From NCBI GenBank assembly GCA_030591685.1, contig JAUVAX010000010.1:47299-67298 (forward strand): a stretch of 20,000 bases of DNA. Direction: 5' to 3'. Positions 7,068 through 15,898 of the stretch are shown here, piece after piece. The translations under genes were made by a program, and so were the position numbers. Source of the stretch: Pseudobdellovibrionaceae bacterium (GTDB lineage Bacteria > Bdellovibrionota > Bdellovibrionia > Bdellovibrionales > UBA1609). The notes beneath the pieces were generated by a model that saw only the letters and a program-made list of their open reading frames with translations, did no database searches and had not been told where the DNA came from. How positions within the stretch are numbered: the stretch's first letter is position 1; each line of letters starts with the position of its first letter.

Positions 7068-8759
7068 TTGTTAGATCAAAAACGAATTATTGTATACACA
7101 TCCGGCGGTGCAAATGCTGAACGGTTGGCGTTATTACAGAGTCTGTGTAATGACCCTGAAATAAAGATCATTGCTATTGTACAAGATAATTTTCGACTTT
7201 TTGGGTTAAAAAAAATTAAATTTCTATTTCAAAAATGGGGAGCTTTTGAATTTACTCGTTCAGTAAGCTTTCAAATGGCCAGGACTTTTTTTAGAAAAGT
7301 ATTCAGCAGTTTTGAGGCCTGGCATAATATTTTTGTTCCAATTCAACATAATCACTCTTATATGAAGTTTTGTAAATTACATTCTATTGAACTGTGGAAG
7401 GTTAAAGATATTAATTTAAAAGATAATACGGATAGATTAAAAGCATATAAGGCTGAGCTAGGTATAATTTTAGGTGGTCGCATTTTAAAACAACATGTAC
7501 TGATGGCCCCCAAAAAAGGAACTTTAAATATACATAAACATGATGCGAGGGCTTTTCGTGGTGGTTCACAGCTTGGGTTTATAGAGAAATTCAAAGGTGA
7601 ATCTAAAATTTGTGTCACCATTCATTTTGCAGTTTCAAAGGTAGATGCAGGGGACATTTTAGAGCTTGAGTGCATACCTATTGAAAAATATGACACCAAT
7701 GAGAGCCTTTCAATTAAGGCTGGGCTATTAGGCAATAAGCTTTATTTAAAAGCAATTAAAGATACTTTGTCAGGTCAAGAGGTTAGGGTGCCCCAGGATT
7801 TATCAAAAGGGGCCACTTATTACACCTCTCCTTATTGGCCGAGGTATAGGTTGTGGTCAAAAGTTAAAAAGCAGCAATTACAAGCCATCAATAAGGAGAG
7901 CCCAAGAGGGCCTTCAAGAAAAGCTAAAAAAATATTTTTTTATATAAGGCAATTGTATTTTTATTTAGCGCTCCCACTTTTAGCAAGAAAAAGACGAAAC
8001 CTAGAGAAACATGGAAAGGCCCCTATCATTATCTTTTATTACCATGGAATTGGTAATTCAATGGAAAACTGGATGATGTTGCCTATAGAAACATTATGGA
8101 AGCAAATGGAGTATGCAAAAAAATATTTTAAAATAATAAGTCTCGGTGAGGCCGTTGAAAAGCTAAAAAGTGGTAGGAATGATAAAACGTCTGTCGTCTT
8201 TACTTTTGACGATGGGTATAGAAGTTGCTTCACTCAGTTGAAGCCTCTTTTAGAAACATATAAAGTCCCAGCAACCTTTTTTGTTTGTTCTGAGTCTGCA
8301 AAACATCAAGTTTCACATAGGCATGACTTTGACAAGGGATATCATGACGTGCAATTAATGACATCTCAACAAATTCTTGAGTCTTATAATTCTGGAATTG
8401 AAATCGGTAGTCATGCGGAAAACCATGAAAACATGGCGAGCCTTAGTGACGAAAATTGTGAGCGAGTTCTTTTAGGTAGTAAAAATTCAATTGAAAATAT
8501 CATTAATAACGAAGTTTTATTTTTTTCTTACCCCTTTGGATCAATGAAACATCTCTCTAACTTTTCTATAAATGAGGCTCGTAAACATTACTCCGCTGTG
8601 TTTTCAGCTTATGGTGGATATAACATCCCGGATAAAGAGGACTTTCACTATCAAAGAATTGCCAACCCCGTTGAGCTGGCTTCGTTTAAAGCTATTGTGA
8701 ATGGTGTTCATCGATTTAAGCCCTATTATATGTGTCGACCAAAAAAATTTAATTCTTAG
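7068..8759 (+). CDS. Formyltransferase (Fmt/PurN-like) - polysaccharide deacetylase (CE4/NodB) fusion protein
   Basis: N half: GTLNIH, FRGG, VTIHF..KVDAGDIL. C half: FYYHGI, FTFDDGY, ATFFV, EIGSHAENH, FSYPFG. One continuous 563-aa ORF with a TTG start. Confidence 0.85.
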   Translation: MLDQKRIIVYTSGGANAERLALLQSLCNDPEIKIIAIVQDNFRLFGLKKIKFLFQKWGAFEFTRSVSFQMARTFFRKVFSSFEAWHNIFVPIQHNHSYMKFCKLHSIELWKVKDINLKDNTDRLKAYKAELGIILGGRILKQHVLMAPKKGTLNIHKHDARAFRGGSQLGFIEKFKGESKICVTIHFAVSKVDAGDILELECIPIEKYDTNESLSIKAGLLGNKLYLKAIKDTLSGQEVRVPQDLSKGATYYTSPYWPRYRLWSKVKKQQLQAINKESPRGPSRKAKKIFFYIRQLYFYLALPLLARKRRNLEKHGKAPIIIFYYHGIGNSMENWMMLPIETLWKQMEYAKKYFKIISLGEAVEKLKSGRNDKTSVVFTFDDGYRSCFTQLKPLLETYKVPATFFVCSESAKHQVSHRHDFDKGYHDVQLMTSQQILESYNSGIEIGSHAENHENMASLSDENCERVLLGSKNSIENIINNEVLFFSYPFGSMKHLSNFSINEARKHYSAVFSAYGGYNIPDKEDFHYQRIANPVELASFKAIVNGVHRFKPYYMCRPKKFNS

Positions 8760-8814
8760 CCGATGTAATCTGATGGTCATTTGAGGGCCTGCGTGCTTTG
8801 GGTGATGAGAGGCC

Positions 8815-9825
8815 TTAATCATCACTCCATTTAAATAATATAGATGTAAGGGTAATGAGGATAGCGCTAGAGACTAGCATAATGGCAACACTAGGCCATA
8901 CATCTACGAGTGTTTTACCTTCAATCATAATGGCTCTTGTAGCGTCGACTAAGTGTGTGAGAGGAATGGCTTTAGAGAATAAAATGATACCTGGGTGGGC
9001 CCCTTCTAAACTAAACCAGACTCCAGAGAGCATCATCATGGGCCATGAGATAATATTTAACACCCCATCAGCAAACTCCTTACTTGTTGTTCTTGCTGAA
9101 ACAATTAGACCAAATGAAATTAAACAAGTAATGCCAACCGTGTAGACGACAACAAGGTCAAAATAGGACCCCTTCATACTAAAATCAATCATGAGCTTAG
9201 AACCTAAAAATACAATAATAGTAACGCCAAATGCGACAATATACCTTGAAAACACCTGTCCGAGTAAGTACTGATAAGCTTTAAGTGGAGTGGCTTTAAG
9301 GCGTTTTAGAAACCCATTTTGACGATATTTAACAATAATATACCCAACACCCCAAAGACAATTGAACATTAAATTCATAGCAAGGATCCCTGGAAAGACC
9401 CAGTCTAGGTAAGAGATCTCGCGCTCTTTAATGACCCGTTGAGTGACAGGTGTGGACGTCATATTAATCAGTAATTTCTCAAGAATATATCCATTTTTAG
9501 AGGTACTATTGACCCAATATTCAAGATGAGTCGGGTCAGTGACGTCTATGCTTAAGTCAATTTTATGCTTTCTTGTTTTTTCAAGAGCTTGTTTTTGACT
9601 CATTTCGTGTAGGGCTAAGTTTTTAAGTTTAAAGAACTCATGTGTACTTACATTTTTAACAGGGCCAATAATGGCCACTTGAAAAAGGTCTTTTTTGTCT
9701 TTAGAGAAAATAAACGAAAAAGCAAAAATAATAAAAAAAGGAAAAATAAAGTTCCAACCCAATGAGGCCTTGTCACGGTAAAATTCTTTGGTTCGCGCAG
9801 AGATGATGGCTATGATTTTCTTCAC
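8815..9825 (-). CDS. ABC-2 type exporter permease
   Basis: FYRDK..LGWNFIFP, YLDWVFPGILAM, GFLKRLKATP and PLTHLVDATR motifs, six-TM pattern. GTG start 1 nt after the ATPase stop. Confidence 0.88.
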   Translation of the reverse strand: MKKIIAIISARTKEFYRDKASLGWNFIFPFFIIFAFSFIFSKDKKDLFQVAIIGPVKNVSTHEFFKLKNLALHEMSQKQALEKTRKHKIDLSIDVTDPTHLEYWVNSTSKNGYILEKLLINMTSTPVTQRVIKEREISYLDWVFPGILAMNLMFNCLWGVGYIIVKYRQNGFLKRLKATPLKAYQYLLGQVFSRYIVAFGVTIIVFLGSKLMIDFSMKGSYFDLVVVYTVGITCLISFGLIVSARTTSKEFADGVLNIISWPMMMLSGVWFSLEGAHPGIILFSKAIPLTHLVDATRAIMIEGKTLVDVWPSVAIMLVSSAILITLTSILFKWSDD

Positions 9826-9826
9826 G

Positions 9827-10756
9827 CTAGTTCCTTGTTTTCTTTCCGGTGAGATCTAAAAATAAATCATCAAGGGTTTGTTTTTTAATTTCAACAGAGG
9901 AAATATCAATATTTTTAGAGAGGAGATACTTTATAGAATCCCTCACATTATCAGTATGAAATTCAATTCGCTCATAGTTGGTATAGGTTTCGTAAGGAAA
10001 GTCCAAAGGCAGTAGAATGTTTTTATCCAGTGAAATATGCGCCCCTGAATAGTGTTTTTCTAAAAGCTTTCTTGGGGGTCCCTGAGCAATGATTTGACCT
10101 TTATCAATAATGGCTATTTCGTCACATAAGATATAGGCTTCTTCCATGTAGTGTGTTGTTAATAATATGGTTTTCTTTTTATCTTTTTTAAGGTGGGTTA
10201 TGAGGTCCCAAAAGTGTCTTCGAGATTGTGGGTCAAGGCCTGTTGTGGGTTCATCTAAAAATAAAATTTCTGGATCATTAAGCAGTGCTATAGCCAGCAG
10301 TGCTCGTTGCCTTTGGCCCCCTGAAATTTTTTGAGTATCTTGGTTTATAAAATCATTCAATTGGCAGGTTTCTATGATTTGATCTAGAGGTATAGTTTTT
10401 TTAAAAAAACTTTCAAATAGCTTTAGAGCCTCTAGGACGGTGAGGTGATCTTGAAGGCTTGTCGATTGAAACTGTATTCCTATGATGTCTTTGAAGTTTT
10501 TGTCTATAGGCTTTTGATTATAATATATTTCACCGCTTGTAGGTTTTTTGAGGCCCTCTATGATTTCAATAGTGGTGGATTTGCCGGCTCCATTAGGTCC
10601 TAATAGTCCGTAACATAATCCTGTAGGAATGCTGAGGGTTAAATTATTGACAGCCGTTAAGGATCCATATTTTTTAACTAAATTTTTGATTTCAAGCACT
10701 TGTAGGGGGTCCTTAAGAGGGTCTGTGGATATACTTTTAGTCGTCATTATGGGCAT
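9827..10756 (-). CDS. ABC transporter ATP-binding protein (DrrA/YadG-like)
   Basis: Walker A GPNGAGKST, signature ISGGQ, Walker B LFLDEP and H-loop TTH. Alternative start at 10747. Confidence 0.93.
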   Translation of the reverse strand: MPIMTTKSISTDPLKDPLQVLEIKNLVKKYGSLTAVNNLTLSIPTGLCYGLLGPNGAGKSTTIEIIEGLKKPTSGEIYYNQKPIDKNFKDIIGIQFQSTSLQDHLTVLEALKLFESFFKKTIPLDQIIETCQLNDFINQDTQKISGGQRQRALLAIALLNDPEILFLDEPTTGLDPQSRRHFWDLITHLKKDKKKTILLTTHYMEEAYILCDEIAIIDKGQIIAQGPPRKLLEKHYSGAHISLDKNILLPLDFPYETYTNYERIEFHTDNVRDSIKYLLSKNIDISSVEIKKQTLDDLFLDLTGKKTRN

Positions 10757-11008
10757 TAGGCAAGATATTTTTAAATTTATTTTATAGCTATATTTTTTAG
10801 GCTGAGAGGTTAAAAGTAGAGCTGTATTTACTAAGGTAAAAGTACCAGGACTAAGTAGGGGGAGAAAGGGTAAAAGTAAACAGTAATTGATATAACTGGC
10901 TGTTTTTTGTAAACTTAAATGATTATTGGGGCATAAATAGTGTATGTGTATACCCCTCTTATGCTTTAAACATTAAAAGTCCTTGAGGCTTAATAAAGGG
11001 GTGAAAAA

Positions 11009-11401
11009 ATGAGTAATGAAGACCCAAAAGGTGACCTAGCCACAAGGACTCTGGCCATGCCTAAGGACACCAACGTTCATGGCGATATTTTTGGCGGCTG
11101 GTTGCTATCACAAATGGATATTGCGGGCAGTTTAATTGCTGCAAAAACAATTAAATCAAAAGTTGTTACCGTGGCCGTAGATCAAATGAACTTTCACTTT
11201 CCCGTATACGTAGGTGATGTTGTTTGCTGTTATGGAGATGTGACAAAGGTCGGCACAACATCAATAGCTATTAAAGTAGAGGCTTTTGTTGTGCGTAAGT
11301 TCTCATCAGACAGGACCAAGGTCACTGAAGGAGTATTTACTTACGTTAATATAGATGACAAGGGCCAACCTAAACCAATTAGTGAAGAGTTTAAAAAATA
11401 A
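11009..11401 (+). CDS. yciA: Acyl-CoA thioesterase (hotdog fold)
   Basis: RTLAMPKDTNVHGDIFGGWLLSQMD, VTVAV and VGDVVCCY closely follow YciA. SD AGGGG. Confidence 0.9.
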   Translation: MSNEDPKGDLATRTLAMPKDTNVHGDIFGGWLLSQMDIAGSLIAAKTIKSKVVTVAVDQMNFHFPVYVGDVVCCYGDVTKVGTTSIAIKVEAFVVRKFSSDRTKVTEGVFTYVNIDDKGQPKPISEEFKK

Positions 11402-11872
11402 ATGGCTCGAAACTATATAACCCCAGAGGGAATTTTAAAATTAAAAGAGGAGTTTAAAGAACTTCATCAGGTTGAGCGCCCGGCTTTAGTTAAAGTTATT
11501 GAGTGGGCGGCGAGCAATGGGGACCGTAGTGAAAATGCAGATTACATTTATGGAAAACGAAGGTTAAGGCAAATAGATGGCCGACTACGAGTGTTAATAA
11601 AAAAGATTGAGGCTGCTGAAGTGATCGACCCTATGACTCTAAAGTCAGAGAAAGTAATTTTTGGCGCGTCGGTTGCCGTTGAGGATGAAGAGGGCGAGCA
11701 AAAGAAATACAAAATAGTAGGTGAAGATGAGTATGACCCTGCGAATTTTAAAATTTCATGGCGTTCACCCCTTGCAACAGCTCTTTTGGGTAAATGTGTA
11801 GATGATGAAATTACTTTAAAAATGCCAAAAGGAGATAAGTTTTATAGAATTTTAAGTATTGAGTTTGTTTAA
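11402..11872 (+). CDS. greB: Transcription elongation factor GreB
   Basis: NYITPEG, WAASNGDRSENADYIYGKRRLRQID and ISWRSPLA motifs. Confidence 0.93.
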   Translation: MARNYITPEGILKLKEEFKELHQVERPALVKVIEWAASNGDRSENADYIYGKRRLRQIDGRLRVLIKKIEAAEVIDPMTLKSEKVIFGASVAVEDEEGEQKKYKIVGEDEYDPANFKISWRSPLATALLGKCVDDEITLKMPKGDKFYRILSIEFV

Positions 11873-11968
11873 ATAAAAATGACTTATGAATGAATTATAA
11901 AAAATAAGTCAGTTATGCTTAGACGAGATTGTAATAAAATTATAGAGTTTTTTGTTTTAAGAGGATGC

Positions 11969-13303
11969 ATGAGTCAATTATTTATTATTATATTAGCAAG
12001 TTTCATTTCAGGTTGCTTTTGGTCTGATGATTTCAGAAGTATAGAAACAATTAAGAACTCAGGTCAACTCACTGTTCTTACTCGAAGCTCAAGTACAACA
12101 TTTTATAGAAATAAAGAGGGATTGTTCGCAGGCTTTGAATTTGAACTCGCAAGCTTGTATGCAAAGCATATTGGTGTTGAGTTAAAAATGATCAATGTCC
12201 CATCTTTTGAAATAGTTCTCTCCGGAGTTAAAGAGGGACGAGGCGATATAGCCGCTGCGAGCTTAACTAAAACAGCTGAAAGGTTGAAAGATTACTCAGC
12301 AAGTAGGCCTATTAATACAATTCGTCAAAAACTAGTGTGCCACCCCAGTTTTAAGGGCGAAAGTTTTAAGGATATTATTGGTAAAAAATTAGTTGTTGTT
12401 GACGGCTCCAGTTATGATGAACGCTTAAAATGGTTAAAAAAAGTTAAATACCCTAACCTCAAGTGGTCGACAATTGATAACCTTTCATCAGATCAGGTTC
12501 TACAACTTGTTTGGGAGGGTGGGCCTGATTGTACGGTTTTAGACTCTAACATTGCACAGGTACAAAAACGCTTTATGCCTGAGTTGAGAATAATAGATGA
12601 CGTCTCTGAGGACCAAGACATTGTTTGGTACACGAACAAGAAAAACTCCCCATTGATGGCGTCAATCAACAAGTGGCTTCAACAAGAGGACACGAAGGCC
12701 AATGTTGAGCGGCTGACATCAAGGTATTATGGTGAGTTTGGTGGAGGGTATAAGTATAATTTAAAATCCTTTGTCTTACGAATAAAAGCTGATTTAAAAA
12801 AGTATAAAAAACTTTTTGTATCAACAGGTCAGAGGTATGATATACCCTGGCAACTGATCGCGGCGGCCTCTTACCAGTTGTCCAATTGGGATGAGAGAGC
12901 CTTTCACCCCTCTGGTGGAAAGGGCTTGATGCTAATCACCAAGGCAATGATTAATAAAGCAAGTACTGGAGACCCATTGGACCCTGGGCGCAATATTGTA
13001 ATAGGGGTCAGTCACCTAAAGGCTCTAATGAATGATATGCCCATATCTATCCCCCCTAATGAGAGGCTTTGGCTTGCACTGGCTGCGTATAATATTGGGT
13101 GGCATCATATAGAGGATGCTCGTAAAATTGCCGCAGGGTTAAATTATAACCCCAATACATGGAATGGGGTTAAAAAGGCACTCCCGCTACTTTCACAGAA
13201 GCACTATTATAAAGATTTAAAATATGGTTTTGCACAAGGGGTTGAGCCCCTCCTGTTTGTAAAACGAATTAAACAGTACTATAATGTTTTAAAAAAACAG
13301 TAA
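11969..13303 (+). CDS. mltF: MltF-like protein (SBP family 3 domain plus SLT domain), catalytic Glu replaced by Leu
   Basis: GFEFELA and GDIAAASLT (SBP domain); WQLIAAASYQLSNW, KGLM, WLALAAYNIG..HIEDAR and YGFAQG.EP (SLT domain). Start ATG 11969 after AAGAGGA gives the lipobox-like ASFISG-C. Confidence 0.85.
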   Translation: MSQLFIIILASFISGCFWSDDFRSIETIKNSGQLTVLTRSSSTTFYRNKEGLFAGFEFELASLYAKHIGVELKMINVPSFEIVLSGVKEGRGDIAAASLTKTAERLKDYSASRPINTIRQKLVCHPSFKGESFKDIIGKKLVVVDGSSYDERLKWLKKVKYPNLKWSTIDNLSSDQVLQLVWEGGPDCTVLDSNIAQVQKRFMPELRIIDDVSEDQDIVWYTNKKNSPLMASINKWLQQEDTKANVERLTSRYYGEFGGGYKYNLKSFVLRIKADLKKYKKLFVSTGQRYDIPWQLIAAASYQLSNWDERAFHPSGGKGLMLITKAMINKASTGDPLDPGRNIVIGVSHLKALMNDMPISIPPNERLWLALAAYNIGWHHIEDARKIAAGLNYNPNTWNGVKKALPLLSQKHYYKDLKYGFAQGVEPLLFVKRIKQYYNVLKKQ

Positions 13304-13312
13304 GGAACTATT

Positions 13313-13936
13313 TTGCCCCCAACAAAAAGTCAGAAAAGTAAAACTTCTAAAGTGAGTATTAAAAAAAAAGTAACGCTGAAGACTAATGCTAAAAAGAAAT
13401 CTAAAAAAAAGATTTCGCGAATTCCTATAGCCAAGTCAAAAGCCTCATTGAAAGTTGATCGGCCTGAGAAATTATTTAAACTAAAGGCCGCTTCATTGAA
13501 GATCACAGTGAGTGCAACGGGGCAGCAGAGTTTTTGTTTAAAAAACTTTTTAGGACAAAAAGTTGTTCTTTATTTTTACCCCAAGGACCTCACCCCAGGG
13601 TGCACTGTTGAAGGACAAGACTTTAACTCATTATATAATAAATTTAAAAACAGCAACACTGTTATACTTGGAGTGTCGAGAGACACAGTGTCCCTGCATG
13701 AAAGATTTAAGGAAAAGTACGGCTTTAAATTTGAACTTCTCTCAGATAAAGACGAAAAACTATGCAAAGCTTTTGATGTTATTAAACTAAAAAAACTTTA
13801 TGGGAGAGAATATTTAGGGGTTGATCGATCGACCTTTGTTATTGATGAGTCGGGAAAGATCATACAGCAATGGCGAGGAGTAAAAGTTAAAGGTCATGCC
13901 AAAGAGGTATTAGAGTTCATTAAGGCCATCGGCTGA
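13313..13936 (+). CDS. bcp: BCP/PrxQ peroxiredoxin with Lys-rich N-terminal extension
   Basis: YFYPKDLTPGCT, ILGVSRD, RSTFVID and VKVKGHA motifs. TTG start with TAAGGA upstream. Confidence 0.9.
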   Translation: MPPTKSQKSKTSKVSIKKKVTLKTNAKKKSKKKISRIPIAKSKASLKVDRPEKLFKLKAASLKITVSATGQQSFCLKNFLGQKVVLYFYPKDLTPGCTVEGQDFNSLYNKFKNSNTVILGVSRDTVSLHERFKEKYGFKFELLSDKDEKLCKAFDVIKLKKLYGREYLGVDRSTFVIDESGKIIQQWRGVKVKGHAKEVLEFIKAIG

Positions 13937-14962
13937 GCCATCACTGAGTTCATTAATGGCTTGGATGAAAAAATCTATATCTTGTTTTGTGGTGTCAAAA
14001 GAGCACATCCATCTAAGGGTCCAATTTGTTTCGTCCCAAACATAGAAAAAGCATTTATTTTTTAAGGGCTTTATCCAGGCCCTAGGCACTGAGGGGAAAA
14101 CACTGTTGGCTTGCACAGGGTGTTTAATTTTAATTTTTTTAAAGGGTTCAAGTTTTTGAAGTAAATATTTGGCCATACTGTGTTCGTGCCCTGCTATTTC
14201 AGGCCAAAGTTCAAACAGCTTTATAAATTGAGCCGCTAAAAACCTTGATTTACTTGGCAGTTGCATGGCTTGTTTACGTAAAAATTTAAAGTCTTTGGCT
14301 AAATCTTTATTAAAAAATACGACCGCCTCCCCGAAAAGTAGTCCATTTTTTGTTCCACCAAAAGAAAGAGCATCGGGTTGAGCTATGTTTGTCAGTTCAA
14401 GAAGCGTTAAATTTAAATAGTGTGCGGCTAAGATATATCGTGCTCCATCGATATGTAGCTTTAATGAGTGCTTGAGGCATGTTTTTTTTATATCTTGAAG
14501 TTCTTCAATACTGTAAACGGTGCCCACTTCTGTGGGCTGAGTGATGGAGACACATCCAGGCTGGGTATGGTGCTGATCGCCTAGCCGAGTGAGTTTTTCT
14601 TCGATCTGTGGTGCGGTTAGTTTACCGTCAACACTTTTAATGACTTCAAGTTTACAACCAATAATGGCCTCAGGGGCCGCGCATTCATCTAAATTTAAAT
14701 GTGATATATCTGTACAAATAACACTCTGGTAACTTTTTATAAGAGCTTTCAAACAAAGAACATTGGCTGCGGTGCCGTTGAAAACAAAAAAACTCTCTGA
14801 CTGGCTACCGAAGTTTTTTTTAAAAAGTTTTAGAGCACATTTAGTAACACTGTCAGTGCCGTAACTAGGGGCATGGGAGTTATTAACATCGATAATAGAT
14901 TTTAAAAATTCAGGATGAATACCAGAGTGATTGTCGCTGCCGAGTGATTTTTTAAAATGCAT
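13910..14962 (-). CDS. ltaE: Low-specificity L-threonine aldolase (PLP-dependent)
   Basis: GSDN, FNGTAAN, TQPTEVGTVY, LHIDGAR and GGTKNG (PLP lysine). Confidence 0.88.
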   Translation of the reverse strand: MHFKKSLGSDNHSGIHPEFLKSIIDVNNSHAPSYGTDSVTKCALKLFKKNFGSQSESFFVFNGTAANVLCLKALIKSYQSVICTDISHLNLDECAAPEAIIGCKLEVIKSVDGKLTAPQIEEKLTRLGDQHHTQPGCVSITQPTEVGTVYSIEELQDIKKTCLKHSLKLHIDGARYILAAHYLNLTLLELTNIAQPDALSFGGTKNGLLFGEAVVFFNKDLAKDFKFLRKQAMQLPSKSRFLAAQFIKLFELWPEIAGHEHSMAKYLLQKLEPFKKIKIKHPVQANSVFPSVPRAWIKPLKNKCFFYVWDETNWTLRWMCSFDTTKQDIDFFIQAINELSDGSADGLNEL

Positions 14963-15896
14963 AAGCGTTCATATAGCTATAAATAATTTGCGCCGCTAAT
15001 TTACTAGTACGATCGTCTAAATCAAGTGGTGGTGAGACTTCGTAAATACCAAGTGAGATAACATCGAGATGGCTAAGTAAGGCTTTGAAAAGTGGGAAAA
15101 ACATTTCAGCAGTAAAACCGTTGGGCCAGGATTGACTACAGCCCATGGCTACGCTTGAAGAAAAGCAGTCAATATCTACGCTTATAAAGGTGGGGCGTTT
15201 TTTTTCTAACCAAGGTTGGAGCTCTTTAAGTATAAACTCAGTGCAGTTAAGGGGGCTATCTTGGATTGAGTTAAACTCAATAATCTTCGCACCCCTTTCT
15301 TTGCACCAGGAGTAGTGATTTAAACTATTGCATTGGGGTTGAATACCAATTTGTGCAAGATCAAATGAGGTTTCGTCATTGTAAAGTCTGTAAAAAGGGG
15401 TGCCACTGGAGAGGCCAGACTCTGAAGGTCGAACATCCAGGTGCGCATCGAAATTAAGAATAAGGGGCTTTTGGCCTTGTGTGCTTGTGTGTTTTAAAAA
15501 AGCACTTCCGTCAGGGTATCCATAATCATGACCTCCACCAATAGAGACCCACCTATGGCCTTTTTTTAAGTATTCATAGGAAGTGTTTTTTACGAACTCA
15601 TGTCGTGATAAAAGGTCTAGGGAGGGGGTATTTAAATTACCCAGTTCATAAAGGGGTCTTGTTGATTTTTTAAACCCCGGGGTCATACGGTACAGTTGCT
15701 CGCGCACATGTTGGGGCCCGAGGTGGGCTCCTGGGCGGCCGTTATTAATTTTAATCCCTTCATCGTCAGGGTATCCGGCAAGTACAAGCCCAGGGCTATC
15801 TTGAGCAGACGTTGTGGGGGTTATTAAGTTGGCCAAGCGAGGATCTAGGTGGCTGGGATGCTGAGAGTATTTGCTTTCGGTGGGCAAAATAAACAT
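14952..15896 (-). CDS. hutG: Formimidoylglutamase (arginase/ureohydrolase family)
   Basis: DEGIKINNGRPGA..GP, GGGHD, NFDAHLDVR, SSGTPF, VDID and EVSPPLD motifs. Confidence 0.85.
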   Translation of the reverse strand: MFILPTESKYSQHPSHLDPRLANLITPTTSAQDSPGLVLAGYPDDEGIKINNGRPGAHLGPQHVREQLYRMTPGFKKSTRPLYELGNLNTPSLDLLSRHEFVKNTSYEYLKKGHRWVSIGGGHDYGYPDGSAFLKHTSTQGQKPLILNFDAHLDVRPSESGLSSGTPFYRLYNDETSFDLAQIGIQPQCNSLNHYSWCKERGAKIIEFNSIQDSPLNCTEFILKELQPWLEKKRPTFISVDIDCFSSSVAMGCSQSWPNGFTAEMFFPLFKALLSHLDVISLGIYEVSPPLDLDDRTSKLAAQIIYSYMNAYAF

Positions 15897-15898
15897 TA

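Noticed and set aside
7068..10756. ABC-2 pair as the exporter for a glycan made by the formyltransferase-deacetylase
   Set aside because: The genes are convergent, and the transporter looks DrrA/YadG-like rather than Wzm/Wzt. No evidence of linkage.
13910..13936. Convergent 3' overlaps (also 1862-1869 and 18030-18041) as antisense regulation
   Set aside because: Short tail-to-tail overlaps are common in compact genomes, and nothing else supports a function.
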